From assembly GCA_016190755.1 (NCBI GenBank), contig JACPPY010000047.1, positions 13,752-77,751 on the forward strand: DNA of 64,000 nucleotides, given 5' to 3'. Below are positions 47,220 to 56,247 of the stretch, in pieces. The position numbers and the translations under genes are program-made. Origin of the DNA: Chloroflexota bacterium (lineage in GTDB: Bacteria > Chloroflexota > Dehalococcoidia > JACPPY01). The stretch's first letter is position 1, and every line of letters starts with the position of its first letter. The notes below the pieces were generated by a model, which was not told where the DNA came from, searched no databases, and saw only the letters and a list, made by a program, of their open reading frames with translations.

Positions 47220-49598
47220 ATGACAACCGGCATCCTCCGAAGGTGCCGCGTACTGGACCTGGCAGATGAAAAAGGCGCGTACTGCTCCCGCCTGCTAGCG
47301 GAGATGGGCGCCGACGTAATCAAGGTTGAACCCCCCGGCGGAGACCCGGCCAGGCAGAAGGGCCCGTTCCTCGACCAACTGCCGGACACAGAGGAGAGCC
47401 TGTATTTCCAGTACGTTAATGCCGGCAAGCGCGGCATAACGCTCGCCATGCACAGAGAGCCGGATGCCAGCATGTTCCGACGTCTGGCGGCTGGCGCCGA
47501 CGTGATCGTGGAGTCCTTCGAGCCCGGCTATCTCGACCGTTTCGACCTGGGTTACAAACACCTCTCGGCGCTCAATCCCGGCCTCATCGTGGCATCGATC
47601 ACCGGGTTTGGACTGACTGGACCTTACAGGCTCTTCGTGTCGTCTGACATCGTCGCCAGCGGCATGGGCGGACAGATGTATATCACTGGCCGAGAGGATA
47701 CACCTCCGCTCAGCCTGTGCGGAGACCAGTCTTACTACATAGCCTCGATGTTCGCGGCGATAGGAATACTGCAGGCATTGCGCGCTCGCCGGGCCGGTGG
47801 GAAGGGCCAGCATATCGATATCTCACTCCAGGAGTGCGTGGCGGCCACGCTGGACCATGTCCTGCCGCGTTATTTCTCGCACGGCGAGGTATCACGGAGG
47901 CAGGGCAGCCTACACTGGTCTGGTGGCTTCTGCGTGTTCCCATGCCTCGACGGCTACGCGTTGCTGTCGCTATTCATGAACTGGGATACTCTGGTCGAGT
48001 GGTTGGACAGTGAAGGCATGGCGGACGACCTCTTGCAAAGGAGGTGGCAGGACCCAGAGCAGAGGCGCCGGGGGACGGATCACATAATAGAAGTACTGGA
48101 ACGCTGGTCGCTCTCTCACCAGGCGGCCTACCTGGAGGAGCAGGGCCAGCTAATGGGGTTCCCGTGGGCCAGGGTTGCAGGCGTAGATGATGTGGCTGCC
48201 AGCCCGCAACTGCGCAGCCGCGGGTTCTTCATCCGCACACGACACCCCGGGACAGGCAGGGTATATGAGTCCCCGGGTGTCCCGGCCCGTCTGAGCCTGA
48301 CTCCCTTTGGCCTAGGCCGCCCGGCGCCCCGGCTCGGCGAGCACAACGCCCAAGTCTTGGGCGATGCCGGCTCCGGGGAAACGGAGGACCAGATGAACAA
48401 TGTGCCGGCCCGTATGGCTCGCACCACTGCAGGGCCGCCGCTGGCCGGGGTGCGCGTGCTGGACTTCACCCGCGTGCTGGCCGGTCCTTATGCCACCCGC
48501 CTCATGGCTGACTTTGGCGCCGAGGTCATCAAGGTCCAACGGCCTTCCGGGAACGAGCAGGATCCGTTGGGTGGCGCATACTACGGCGCCTGGAACCGTA
48601 ACAAACGCAGCATTGCGCTTGACATGTCGCGGCCCGAGGGACTGGCATTGGCCCGCAGGCTGATAGGAGCGAGCGACATACTGGTGGAAAACTTCAGCCC
48701 GCGCGTGATGGCCAACTGGGGCCTGGACTACCCGCACGTTCGAGAGCTGAGGCCGGACATAATAATGGTCAGCATTTCAGCTATGGGCCAGACAGGGCCG
48801 CTCAGGGACTTCACTGGCTTCGCGCCTACGCTGCACGCCCTGAGCGGCATGACGCATCTCACCTCTTTCCCCGGCAAACCACCGCTGGGCCCGGGATACT
48901 CCTACGCCGACCACGTCGCCGGGCTCACCGCAGCGCTGGCAACCCTCGCCGCGCTGGAGCACCGGTCGCTCACAGGCGAAGGGCAGTTCGTAGATGTATC
49001 GGTGCTGGAGAGCATGTGTGCCCTGATGGGCCCGGCGTTGCTGGATTGGACGGTGAACCGGCACAAAACCGCCCCTCACGGCAACGGTTCGCCGGACGCG
49101 GCGCCACATGGCTGCTATCGCTGTGCGGGCGAGGATGCATGGTGCGTCCTGGCCGTGGAGACCGAAGAGCAATGGCGCTCTTTCGCCGCGGCGCTGGAAC
49201 ACCCTGAATGGGTCGGGGATGCACGCTTCTCCAGCAAGGCGAGCCGACTGCAGAACGCCGCAGAGCTGGATAGGCTCGTCGAAAAGTGGACCTCGCGCCT
49301 TACCCCCGACAGGGCGATGATCGAGCTTCAGAAAGCAGGCATACCGGCGGGCAAGGTGCAGGACGCCCGGCAAATCGCTGCAGACCCGCAGCTAAACGCC
49401 CGAAGGTTCTTCACCGAGCCAGAGCCCGCTTCATCCGGGCTCAAGTGTGACGGGAGCCCGATCAGGATTCTCGGTGTGCCGCCACCCTGCCGCACAGCCC
49501 CGGCGCCCGGACAGGATACAGACGATGTCCTCACCGATATCCTCGGCCTGGACAAACGCGAGGTAATGTTACTGAAACAGGAAGGCGTCATATCCTGA
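47220..49598 (+). CDS. Fused two-domain class III CoA-transferase
   Basis: Two tandem CaiB/BaiF domains (GADVIKVE...NAGKR; GAEVIKVQ...NRNKRS). Confidence 0.92.
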   Translation: MTTGILRRCRVLDLADEKGAYCSRLLAEMGADVIKVEPPGGDPARQKGPFLDQLPDTEESLYFQYVNAGKRGITLAMHREPDASMFRRLAAGADVIVESFEPGYLDRFDLGYKHLSALNPGLIVASITGFGLTGPYRLFVSSDIVASGMGGQMYITGREDTPPLSLCGDQSYYIASMFAAIGILQALRARRAGGKGQHIDISLQECVAATLDHVLPRYFSHGEVSRRQGSLHWSGGFCVFPCLDGYALLSLFMNWDTLVEWLDSEGMADDLLQRRWQDPEQRRRGTDHIIEVLERWSLSHQAAYLEEQGQLMGFPWARVAGVDDVAASPQLRSRGFFIRTRHPGTGRVYESPGVPARLSLTPFGLGRPAPRLGEHNAQVLGDAGSGETEDQMNNVPARMARTTAGPPLAGVRVLDFTRVLAGPYATRLMADFGAEVIKVQRPSGNEQDPLGGAYYGAWNRNKRSIALDMSRPEGLALARRLIGASDILVENFSPRVMANWGLDYPHVRELRPDIIMVSISAMGQTGPLRDFTGFAPTLHALSGMTHLTSFPGKPPLGPGYSYADHVAGLTAALATLAALEHRSLTGEGQFVDVSVLESMCALMGPALLDWTVNRHKTAPHGNGSPDAAPHGCYRCAGEDAWCVLAVETEEQWRSFAAALEHPEWVGDARFSSKASRLQNAAELDRLVEKWTSRLTPDRAMIELQKAGIPAGKVQDARQIAADPQLNARRFFTEPEPASSGLKCDGSPIRILGVPPPCRTAPAPGQDTDDVLTDILGLDKREVMLLKQEGVIS

Positions 49599-49679
49599 GG
49601 TACATTTTCGCGTCGGACTTCCCTTCGTGTCCGGCCTGTGTTAGATTCTTGACTGAAGTCACTAGAGGAGGGATAAACC

Positions 49680-49865
49680 TTGCCCATCATAAGAGTGGAG
49701 ATGTGGACCGGCAGGACAACCCAGCAGAAAGCCGAGCTGGCCAAAGCCATAACCGACGCCGTATGCCGCGTCGCCGGATCGAAGCCGGAGGCTACCTTTG
49801 TGGTCTTTACCGATATACCCAAAGAAAACTGGGCCCAGTCGGGAAAACTGGCATCGCAGACATAG
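49680..49865 (+). CDS. 4-oxalocrotonate tautomerase family protein
   Basis: 61 aa, catalytic Pro1 (MPII), GRT..QK, ENW; strong RBS. Confidence 0.92.
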   Translation: MPIIRVEMWTGRTTQQKAELAKAITDAVCRVAGSKPEATFVVFTDIPKENWAQSGKLASQT

Positions 49866-50083
49866 TACAGCAGCTGAGCGGGAATACTCGGGCGTGGCCG
49901 GCGGGAATCACACCAGTTCCCAACCCGTTCCCAACTTTGGTCGGTTAAATTGCCTTTTGTTACAGGATACTCCCTATTCACACCTGTGCCATCCTCTCTG
50001 GCGCCCGAGCACTGGTGTCTCCCGAGTATCCGGAACGGTTTTGCTGCTCCGCCCGAGCACATTGCCGAGGATGACGGGCCGAT

Positions 50084-50506
50084 ATGGAGGCCAAAGGGTT
50101 GGACTACGAGAAACGCGACAGCGGGACGAGCTATGGTGAGGCTTTGGCTCTCATGCAAGATTGGAGCGCGACGCCAAGCGAAGAGGAGGAGGCTACCAGA
50201 AGTATCAGGCTAGGCGATATGACCGTCGATTTCCAGCAGCGCCGGGTGGCGTTCAGGGAAAAGAGCGTTCCTCTCACCTACATAGAATGGCTTCTGTTAG
50301 CCGAGCTTGTTCGCAACGCGGGGCAGATGGTTTCCTACGAGAAGCTGTTGACGCGTGTCTGGGGCCCGGAGCACAGTAACAACGTGCATCTTCTCAGGAT
50401 ATGGATAAGTCGGCTCCGGTATAAGCTTGAAGACAGCGGCACAGGACACAGGTTCGTCCGTACCGTGCGCAAGTCTGGGTATGCGATAGGCAAGTCAGAA
50501 GACTGA
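50084..50506 (+). CDS. OmpR/PhoB-type winged-helix DNA-binding protein without a receiver domain
   Basis: LT..E..LL..L...G..VS...LL..VWG, ISRLR.KLE, TVR..GY. Confidence 0.85.
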   Translation: MEAKGLDYEKRDSGTSYGEALALMQDWSATPSEEEEATRSIRLGDMTVDFQQRRVAFREKSVPLTYIEWLLLAELVRNAGQMVSYEKLLTRVWGPEHSNNVHLLRIWISRLRYKLEDSGTGHRFVRTVRKSGYAIGKSED

Positions 50507-50513
50507 TTCCCCG

Positions 50514-51422
50514 CTAGCCCGACATACGCGGTTGCGCTGGAACCATAAAGATCGGCGTGTGTCCCGAGTGCAACAGCTTATCGGTAACGCTGCCGAACAC
50601 CCACCTGCTGACTCCAGACCTGCCATGCGCGGATACAGCTATCAGGTCCGAGGCATGTTTCTCAGCATAGGTAATGATTTCCTCTGCCGGAGTCCCCACA
50701 GCGGTTGCGATATAGGCGCGCAGCCCCTTTTTCTTGAGTCCTCCGGCCACACCCTCCAGGTAAGCCAAGGCGAGCGCCTTGCGTTTCTCTTCCACCTCAT
50801 ACATCGCCGCAGGCCAGGAAGCGCTGCCGTCGCTTCCAGAAACCATGTCCGACAGCGGTTCCAGTACCTGCAGCAGCACCATCTCAGCGTTCAGTTTGAG
50901 CGCCAGCGTTTCGGCGTACGGTAGAGCCGCCTCTCCCGCCGCCGAGCCGTCCAGAGGCAGGAGTATCTGCTTCAACAACCTGCCCTCTTCCCCCGCCATC
51001 CGGCCCAAGGGAGCCCTCACCAGCAGCACAGGCCACGAGGTGGCCCGGAGCACCTTCGCGGCTATGTTGCCCAGCAGCCATTTGCCCAGGCCCGAGCGCC
51101 CGCGGTTTGACATAGCTATCAGGTTGACGTGTTTTTCGCTGGCATAGACCAGTATCTCGCTCGCCGGCCGTCCTGCGAGCACCTCGGCGTGCACTTTCAC
51201 TTCACCTGAGGTATTACGGCCAGCCAGGCCTTTTCGAAGGTTCTCCTGAACGCGCTCAAGGTAGTACCGGTAAAGACGGTCGGCGCCGGCGATGCTGGTA
51301 TCCACGACGCTGGCGAGTATGACCTCTGATCCGAAAGCTGCGGCGATCTCACGAACGTAAGGTAGTACGACCTCCGCTGTGTTCGACCCGTCCAGCGGTA
51401 CCAGTACTTTCCTGAACATCAC
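50514..51422 (-). CDS. Tandem universal stress protein
   Basis: Two USP domains (VPLDGS...GRSG..GNIA; LPLDGS...GRSG..GSVT). Confidence 0.93.
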   Translation of the reverse strand: MMFRKVLVPLDGSNTAEVVLPYVREIAAAFGSEVILASVVDTSIAGADRLYRYYLERVQENLRKGLAGRNTSGEVKVHAEVLAGRPASEILVYASEKHVNLIAMSNRGRSGLGKWLLGNIAAKVLRATSWPVLLVRAPLGRMAGEEGRLLKQILLPLDGSAAGEAALPYAETLALKLNAEMVLLQVLEPLSDMVSGSDGSASWPAAMYEVEEKRKALALAYLEGVAGGLKKKGLRAYIATAVGTPAEEIITYAEKHASDLIAVSAHGRSGVSRWVFGSVTDKLLHSGHTPIFMVPAQPRMSG

Positions 51423-51565
51423 ACACCGCGATAATACTCTGGCATTAGCGACGACGTGTTAGGGCCAAGACTGCCACCAAACGCCACGCCTTCCGCCCTT
51501 TATTACATGATATACCTAATTAGTAAGTGCACCATCACCCCCTGTGTCCCCCGCTTCCTTCGAAG

Positions 51566-51581
51566 GGCTTTGCCCGACAAT
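51566..51581 (+). repeat. Left terminal inverted repeat
   Basis: GGCTTTGCCCGACAAT; touches the transposase stop codon; related TCGGGCA/TGCCCGA cores at ~51602 and ~51620. Confidence 0.88.
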
Positions 51582-52836
51582 CACAAGACCATCGCCATTT
51601 GTCGGGCAATCGGCAATTCTGCCCGATTATTCCAGAAGGTAGGTTCTAAATTCAGTTCGTATATGCTCTGAATCAGGACGCAAATATTATGGCAGAGAAC
51701 CTTCAAAATAACCTCGTTGACCTGAGCAGTAGGCGACTTAGACCGAACCGAGCTGCCGAACTTGCCCTTAATCATGCTGAACGTGGTTTCGACGTTCTAA
51801 CCTCTTGTGATAATGCTCATAGAAAACGGCCTTGTTGAATTCGTAGAAGTGCCACATCTTGTTCCAGAGATTATCCGGTTCGTGGTGTCCATGGGTTCCC
51901 TTGCTCTGGGATTTGAAGGGTATGTACGAGATAGCACCGACGCTTGCCACGACACGAAGATTCTTCTTGGCAGAGTAAGCCTTGTCCGCCGAGACCTCGT
52001 TGATAGTAAATTTCTTGGCAGTCTGATTGACCAATGCGGGGAATTGAGGTGCATCGGCGGACTCGAACGGGGTAGCCTCTACGGAAGTTACTACGTGGGT
52101 CTTGACTCCAGTCATAAGATGTACCTTGACCCACTTGTTCTCAGACTTCATCTTGCCGTACTTTTCATCGTACCACCTGTCGTAGACACAGGTGGTGAAG
52201 CCAGAAGAATCAACGGCGAAGTCGGTTTCGATGCCCTTCAAAGGTTGGGCTGTTTCTTCGATGAGCGTCTTGAGCAGTGGAGTGAGTTCGGGATTCTCCA
52301 GATAGTCGAAGATGCTGTTGTAGGACGGGGCCTTTGCCAAGTAGCCCTTCGTTACCAGTTGCCGCAAGTCAGTCATTGCCCTTCGTCCCGACACTGTGGA
52401 GTATACCTTCAAGGCGGAAGCCATAACTACAGCCGAGAGTGGATGGCTGGGCCGTCCAGCGCCTTTGTGCTCCGGTTGGACTATACCCTTGCACAGTTCC
52501 CCAAGAAGCTCAATGAACCTGTCCTGCTCGTGGGTTTGTGCTTGATTGTACGCGGGCCATTCCTGAGCATAGGTTACGCGCATGGCTTGGGTGTCTATCG
52601 TGGTGCCATCCGGCTTCGTCTCACGTTGCACCACATATTCGACAGCGTAAAGGTGCTTACAGTGGTTGCCCTTTTCAAAGTCCGGGCAAAGAGCAGAAGG
52701 GGTGCCCATGGTCAAGGTTTACAACGTAGGAAGTCCCATTACCACTCTGGCTCGGAACCTTCCACATGCCAAGCTGGTTCTTTTCAATCTTGGCGGTGGC
52801 TGCTATCAGAAGTCCCTTTTCTTGTCTCGCATCCAT
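51581..52836 (-). pseudogene. SWIM zinc finger-DDE transposase with two single-base insertions
   Basis: From ATG 52836: MDARQEKG...VPSQSG...FCS|CPDF...CKH (SWIM), AVDSSGF, WVKVH, ADKAY, YHKR|NVETTFSMIK. Span is 1256 nt = 418 codons + 2; shifts at ~52689 and ~51798. Confidence 0.88.
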
Positions 52837-52865
52837 CTGAGTATCCCCTTTCAACTTACCGCGCT

Positions 52866-52948
52866 AGTATATTACTACGTCGGTAAGTCGCTGTCAATAC
52901 CCTTGACGTATATTACCCTCCCGGTATATACTGAGCCGATAATATATC
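52866..52948. promoter_or_regulatory. Back-to-back promoters for transposase and cargo, with repeated GTATATTAC boxes
   Basis: Plus: TTGACG(52903)-18-TATACT(52927). Minus: TTGACA(52897)-17-TAATAT(52874). GTATATTAC at 52867 and 52908; related inverted copy near 52940. Confidence 0.6.
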
Positions 52949-52964
52949 AGTCAAGGAGGCAATC

Positions 52965-53318
52965 ATGGGTAGAGTTCCAATCACTGTTATGGGTTATCGG
53001 TGTGAGAGGTGTGGTTGGGAATGGGTGCCCCGTGATGAAAGCCAAGAACCAAAGGTATGCCCGAAATGTAAGTCCCCATACTGGAACAAGCCGAGGAAAC
53101 CAGCGGCAGCCATGTCGTATGAGGAGTTCCGAGATAAGGTCAAGGCCGTTCTTGTTGCTGCCACTGGTAAGTCTCTCACCTGGACAGAAATACGAACTCA
53201 AGCAAAGTTGCCCCAGAAATGGCCAAACAATCAGTGGGTTCACCGTATGGACAAGGACATCAACCTGATACGCGAAAAAGACAAAGATGGTATCATTCGC
53301 TGGAAAATTCCTATCTAG
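52965..53318 (+). CDS. Zinc-ribbon plus probable HTH-like small protein (putative regulator)
   Basis: CERC...W...CPKCKSPYWN; C-terminal LTWTEIR helix pattern; AAGGAGG RBS. Confidence 0.8.
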   Translation: MGRVPITVMGYRCERCGWEWVPRDESQEPKVCPKCKSPYWNKPRKPAAAMSYEEFRDKVKAVLVAATGKSLTWTEIRTQAKLPQKWPNNQWVHRMDKDINLIREKDKDGIIRWKIPI

Positions 53319-53332
53319 GAGGTACATAGCTT

Positions 53333-53860
53333 ATGCCGGTTCCCAGTCTTAGATTGCCAGAGAAATCGAAAGATGAGCAGCGACAGAGCAAAGTTACTTG
53401 GAACTTGGAGCACTGCAAAACAGACCAACCCGATTTCTACACTATCGGCTATGCTGGCAGAAGCATGGGAGGTTTTCTGAACGTTTTGACTGAGGCTGGG
53501 GTTGCGACACTTGTGGATATAAGATTCGCGCCGGTTAGCCGTTTCAAACCAGAATTCAGCAAGAACAATCTCATGAGAGCATTACGGGAAGTAGGGATAA
53601 CCTACATCCATAGACCTGATTGGGGCGTACCGCGAGATATTAGAGCTTTTAGCATCGGCAAGAACTCGCGTGACGATATTTGGGCATGGTACGACGCCAA
53701 TGTCTTACCCAGCGTGGTCAATAGAAACCTGGACCTGTTCTTCAATACTATGGAGCATCCGGTTGCGTACATGTGCGTTGAATATGACCCTACCGAGTGC
53801 CACAGGCATAGGGTTTCTTTGGGACTAGAACGGCAGGGATTGGTTGGTTGCGACCTTTAA
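53333..53860 (+). CDS. DUF488 family protein
   Basis: YTIGY, LVDIR..P.SR..P.FSK..L, GITYIH, MC.E.DP..CHR. Confidence 0.88.
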   Translation: MPVPSLRLPEKSKDEQRQSKVTWNLEHCKTDQPDFYTIGYAGRSMGGFLNVLTEAGVATLVDIRFAPVSRFKPEFSKNNLMRALREVGITYIHRPDWGVPRDIRAFSIGKNSRDDIWAWYDANVLPSVVNRNLDLFFNTMEHPVAYMCVEYDPTECHRHRVSLGLERQGLVGCDL

Positions 53861-53885
53861 ACCGCCGTTCCGAAGGGGGTGCTGA

Positions 53886-54695
53886 ATGGTCCATACTGGA
53901 ACCGAACGCCAAACGAAGAAGGTGCTCATCACGGTACGCACTTACCCTGTACCATCCAAAAGCCTCATAGAAGTGTCTTGCACTGCCGGGATAACCGACG
54001 ACGGTCATTGGATACGGCTGTACCCTGTCCCATATAGGTTTTTGGACTACGACAAGCGTTTCACGAAGTACCAGTATATCGAAGCGCAGGTGACAAAGCC
54101 CACTTCAGACACTCGCCCTGAAAGCTATAGGGTTGACCCCGAAACAATAAGTGTGGTGTCTCCAGTGATACCGACTACCAACACGTGGCAGCAGCGAAAG
54201 GCGGTAATCTATCCCCTCAAAGCTAGATCGATGTGCGACCTACAGGAAGAGCGTAATTTAGCAAGACAGCCAACTTTGGGCTTTATCAAGCCGACCATAA
54301 CGAAGTTGGTAATCAAGCCTACAAGTCCTGAGTGGACTGAGGCAGAGTTGGCGAGGCTGCGGCAATTCCCTTTGTTCGGCAATGCACCAAAGAGCGAACT
54401 CGTGAAGCTGCCTTTTGATTTCAGGTACCAATTCGTTTGTGAGCACTCTGATTGCCCTGGTCATGACATGCTCTGTACGGATTGGGAAATGGGTTGGTCG
54501 TATCTGAAATGGAAGGCCAAGTATGAGTCTAATTGGGAACAGGAGTTCCGTAAGACATACGAGAGAATGATGCAGGAAAACGACACCCACTTTTTTGTTG
54601 GCACGTTGCATGGAAATCCCAGCGCGTGGATAGTTATCGGACTGTTCTATCCTCCCAAAGTGGCAGAGAGTGCCCAACAGCCTAGTTTGTTCTGA
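53886..54695 (+). CDS. Hypothetical protein, probable dual-OB-fold relative
   Basis: 269 aa; TYP.PS, CTAGI...G.WIRLYP, D.RPES, C...C..H...C.DWE; operonic with DUF488. Confidence 0.75.
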   Translation: MVHTGTERQTKKVLITVRTYPVPSKSLIEVSCTAGITDDGHWIRLYPVPYRFLDYDKRFTKYQYIEAQVTKPTSDTRPESYRVDPETISVVSPVIPTTNTWQQRKAVIYPLKARSMCDLQEERNLARQPTLGFIKPTITKLVIKPTSPEWTEAELARLRQFPLFGNAPKSELVKLPFDFRYQFVCEHSDCPGHDMLCTDWEMGWSYLKWKAKYESNWEQEFRKTYERMMQENDTHFFVGTLHGNPSAWIVIGLFYPPKVAESAQQPSLF

Positions 54696-54720
54696 CGCAA
54701 GCGAGATAGGTGAAGGGCAT

Positions 54721-55143
54721 ATGATTGACTCAACCTGGTTAGAATTACCTACCAAAGAGACATGGGAGGAACGAAGACTGTATTTTGAGTCCTTGGAGCA
54801 GTCATTCGTGAATGAACGTGCGTCTTACGGCCTCAGTGACCAGGCCTGTGCATTAGTGGAGGATGTCCAAACAGCTTTTTGCGCGGGAGCTTGGGTCACG
54901 GTGCTAGTTATGGCGATTGCTGTCATTGAGTCCCACATCGGCGAATTTGGGTACCCCGATCTGACTAACAACCCTCTGTTCCAGAGGCTTCGCAAAAGAC
55001 GCAATAGCATTGTGCATTTTCAAGCCAAGCACCCAGGCATCACAACTGACCAGCAGTGGTTAGACAGAACCAAATTGGAGATTGAAGCGAAAGAAGCCTC
55101 CAGATTAATGTTTGAGGTGTTCTACAGTGATGTCGGGACGTAG
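54721..55143 (+). CDS. Small all-helical protein with HEPN-like RxxxxH motif
   Basis: AF..GAW..V.V.A.AVIE helix followed by LRKRRNSIVH; start likely ATG 54721. Confidence 0.7.
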   Translation: MIDSTWLELPTKETWEERRLYFESLEQSFVNERASYGLSDQACALVEDVQTAFCAGAWVTVLVMAIAVIESHIGEFGYPDLTNNPLFQRLRKRRNSIVHFQAKHPGITTDQQWLDRTKLEIEAKEASRLMFEVFYSDVGT

Positions 55144-55170
55144 CCAAAATGGGAACAGACCTGTTCCGCA

Positions 55171-55223
55171 TTTTCGGGCAACTCAGGTAATTTTCGGGCA
55201 GACGGCTATTGTCGGGCAAAGCC
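55171..55223 (+). repeat. Right terminal inverted repeat with subterminal direct repeats
   Basis: TTTTCGGGCA at 55171 and 55191, TTGTCGGGCA at 55209 inside the IR. Confidence 0.85.
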
Positions 55224-55250
55224 GTCCAGGGGTTGAAGGGGAAATCCGGT

Positions 55251-56114
55251 TCAATCTGCGTCGGCGTAGTAGGATACGCCGATGGTGCCGGGCCCGGTGT
55301 GGACGCCCATTACGGGCGTGAAGTCAGTGAGATATGCCTCAACGCAGTTAAGCCTGGCGCGGATTTCCTCTCTAAAGGCCTCCGCTCCTTCACGAACGGA
55401 AGCATGGTGCACATTGGCATGCACAGGCTTGCCGCCAGCATCATCCTGCATCATCTCAAGTAGCCTTGAAAGGGCCCTGGTCATAGTACGGGGCCTGTCC
55501 ACGGGCAGGACCTGCCCGTTCCGGATGTCGAGAATAGGCTTGACGTTGAGCAGCGCCCCGGCCCAGGAGGCGGCCTTGCCGATGCGGCCTCCCTTGGCGA
55601 GGTAGTGCAGCGTATCCAACGTAGCGATGAGGCGCACCTTCTCTCTCATCTGCTGGGCCCTTGCAGTCACCTCCGCCAGGTTCCTTGCACCGGAAGCTAC
55701 AGCACGTGCCGCCGCCACCGCTATGAACCCCTGGGCACCGCCTGCGGTGCCTGAGTCCAGCACCGTTATCTCCATCCCCGGCACCCGTGCCCTGACGATG
55801 TCGACAGCCTGCTGCGCAGCGTCGAACATGGCGCTGAGCGTAGAGGCGAGGGTCACACACAGTATGGCCTCAGTCCGCTGGCTGAGGCGTTCAAAGGTCT
55901 GGGCCACCTCGCCGGGGGAAGGAGCGGACGTGCCCGGTATGCGTGCACCGTTCCTCATGGCCTGATATATCTGGTCGGGCATGATGTCTACCCCGTCCCG
56001 GTAGGTTTTGCCGTCCATGATGACATGCAGCGGCACGACTGCTATGTCGTACCTGGTCACAAGCTCGGGCGGCAGGCAGGCGACGCTATCGGTAGCTATA
56101 GCTATTCTGCTCAT
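55251..56114 (-). CDS. DegV family fatty-acid-binding protein
   Basis: IATDS, TSAPSPG, LAKGGRIG, KPIL, HTGPG. Confidence 0.95.
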   Translation of the reverse strand: MSRIAIATDSVACLPPELVTRYDIAVVPLHVIMDGKTYRDGVDIMPDQIYQAMRNGARIPGTSAPSPGEVAQTFERLSQRTEAILCVTLASTLSAMFDAAQQAVDIVRARVPGMEITVLDSGTAGGAQGFIAVAAARAVASGARNLAEVTARAQQMREKVRLIATLDTLHYLAKGGRIGKAASWAGALLNVKPILDIRNGQVLPVDRPRTMTRALSRLLEMMQDDAGGKPVHANVHHASVREGAEAFREEIRARLNCVEAYLTDFTPVMGVHTGPGTIGVSYYADAD

Positions 56115-56247
56115 AAGCGCTGGAACAATTCTACATCGCCGCCTGTTCGGCGGACAATCGCCTGAACAAGTTCATTTCATATGTGTTCGGCCGAGCACGA
56201 ATGAGATAAGAGCCGTCTGGCGAGTTGGCGCGGCCAGGCCGAGACAG

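Larger units (their letters stand above)
51566..55223. mobile_element. 3658-bp cargo-carrying transposon (IS4/IS5-like DDE) with perfect 16-bp terminal inverted repeats
   Basis: GGCTTTGCCCGACAAT at 51566-51581 and ATTGTCGGGCAAAGCC at 55208-55223 enclose the transposase and four cargo genes; no obvious target duplication. Confidence 0.85.

Noticed and set aside
51807..52886. 359-aa plus-strand ORF
   Set aside because: Antisense shadow of the transposase.
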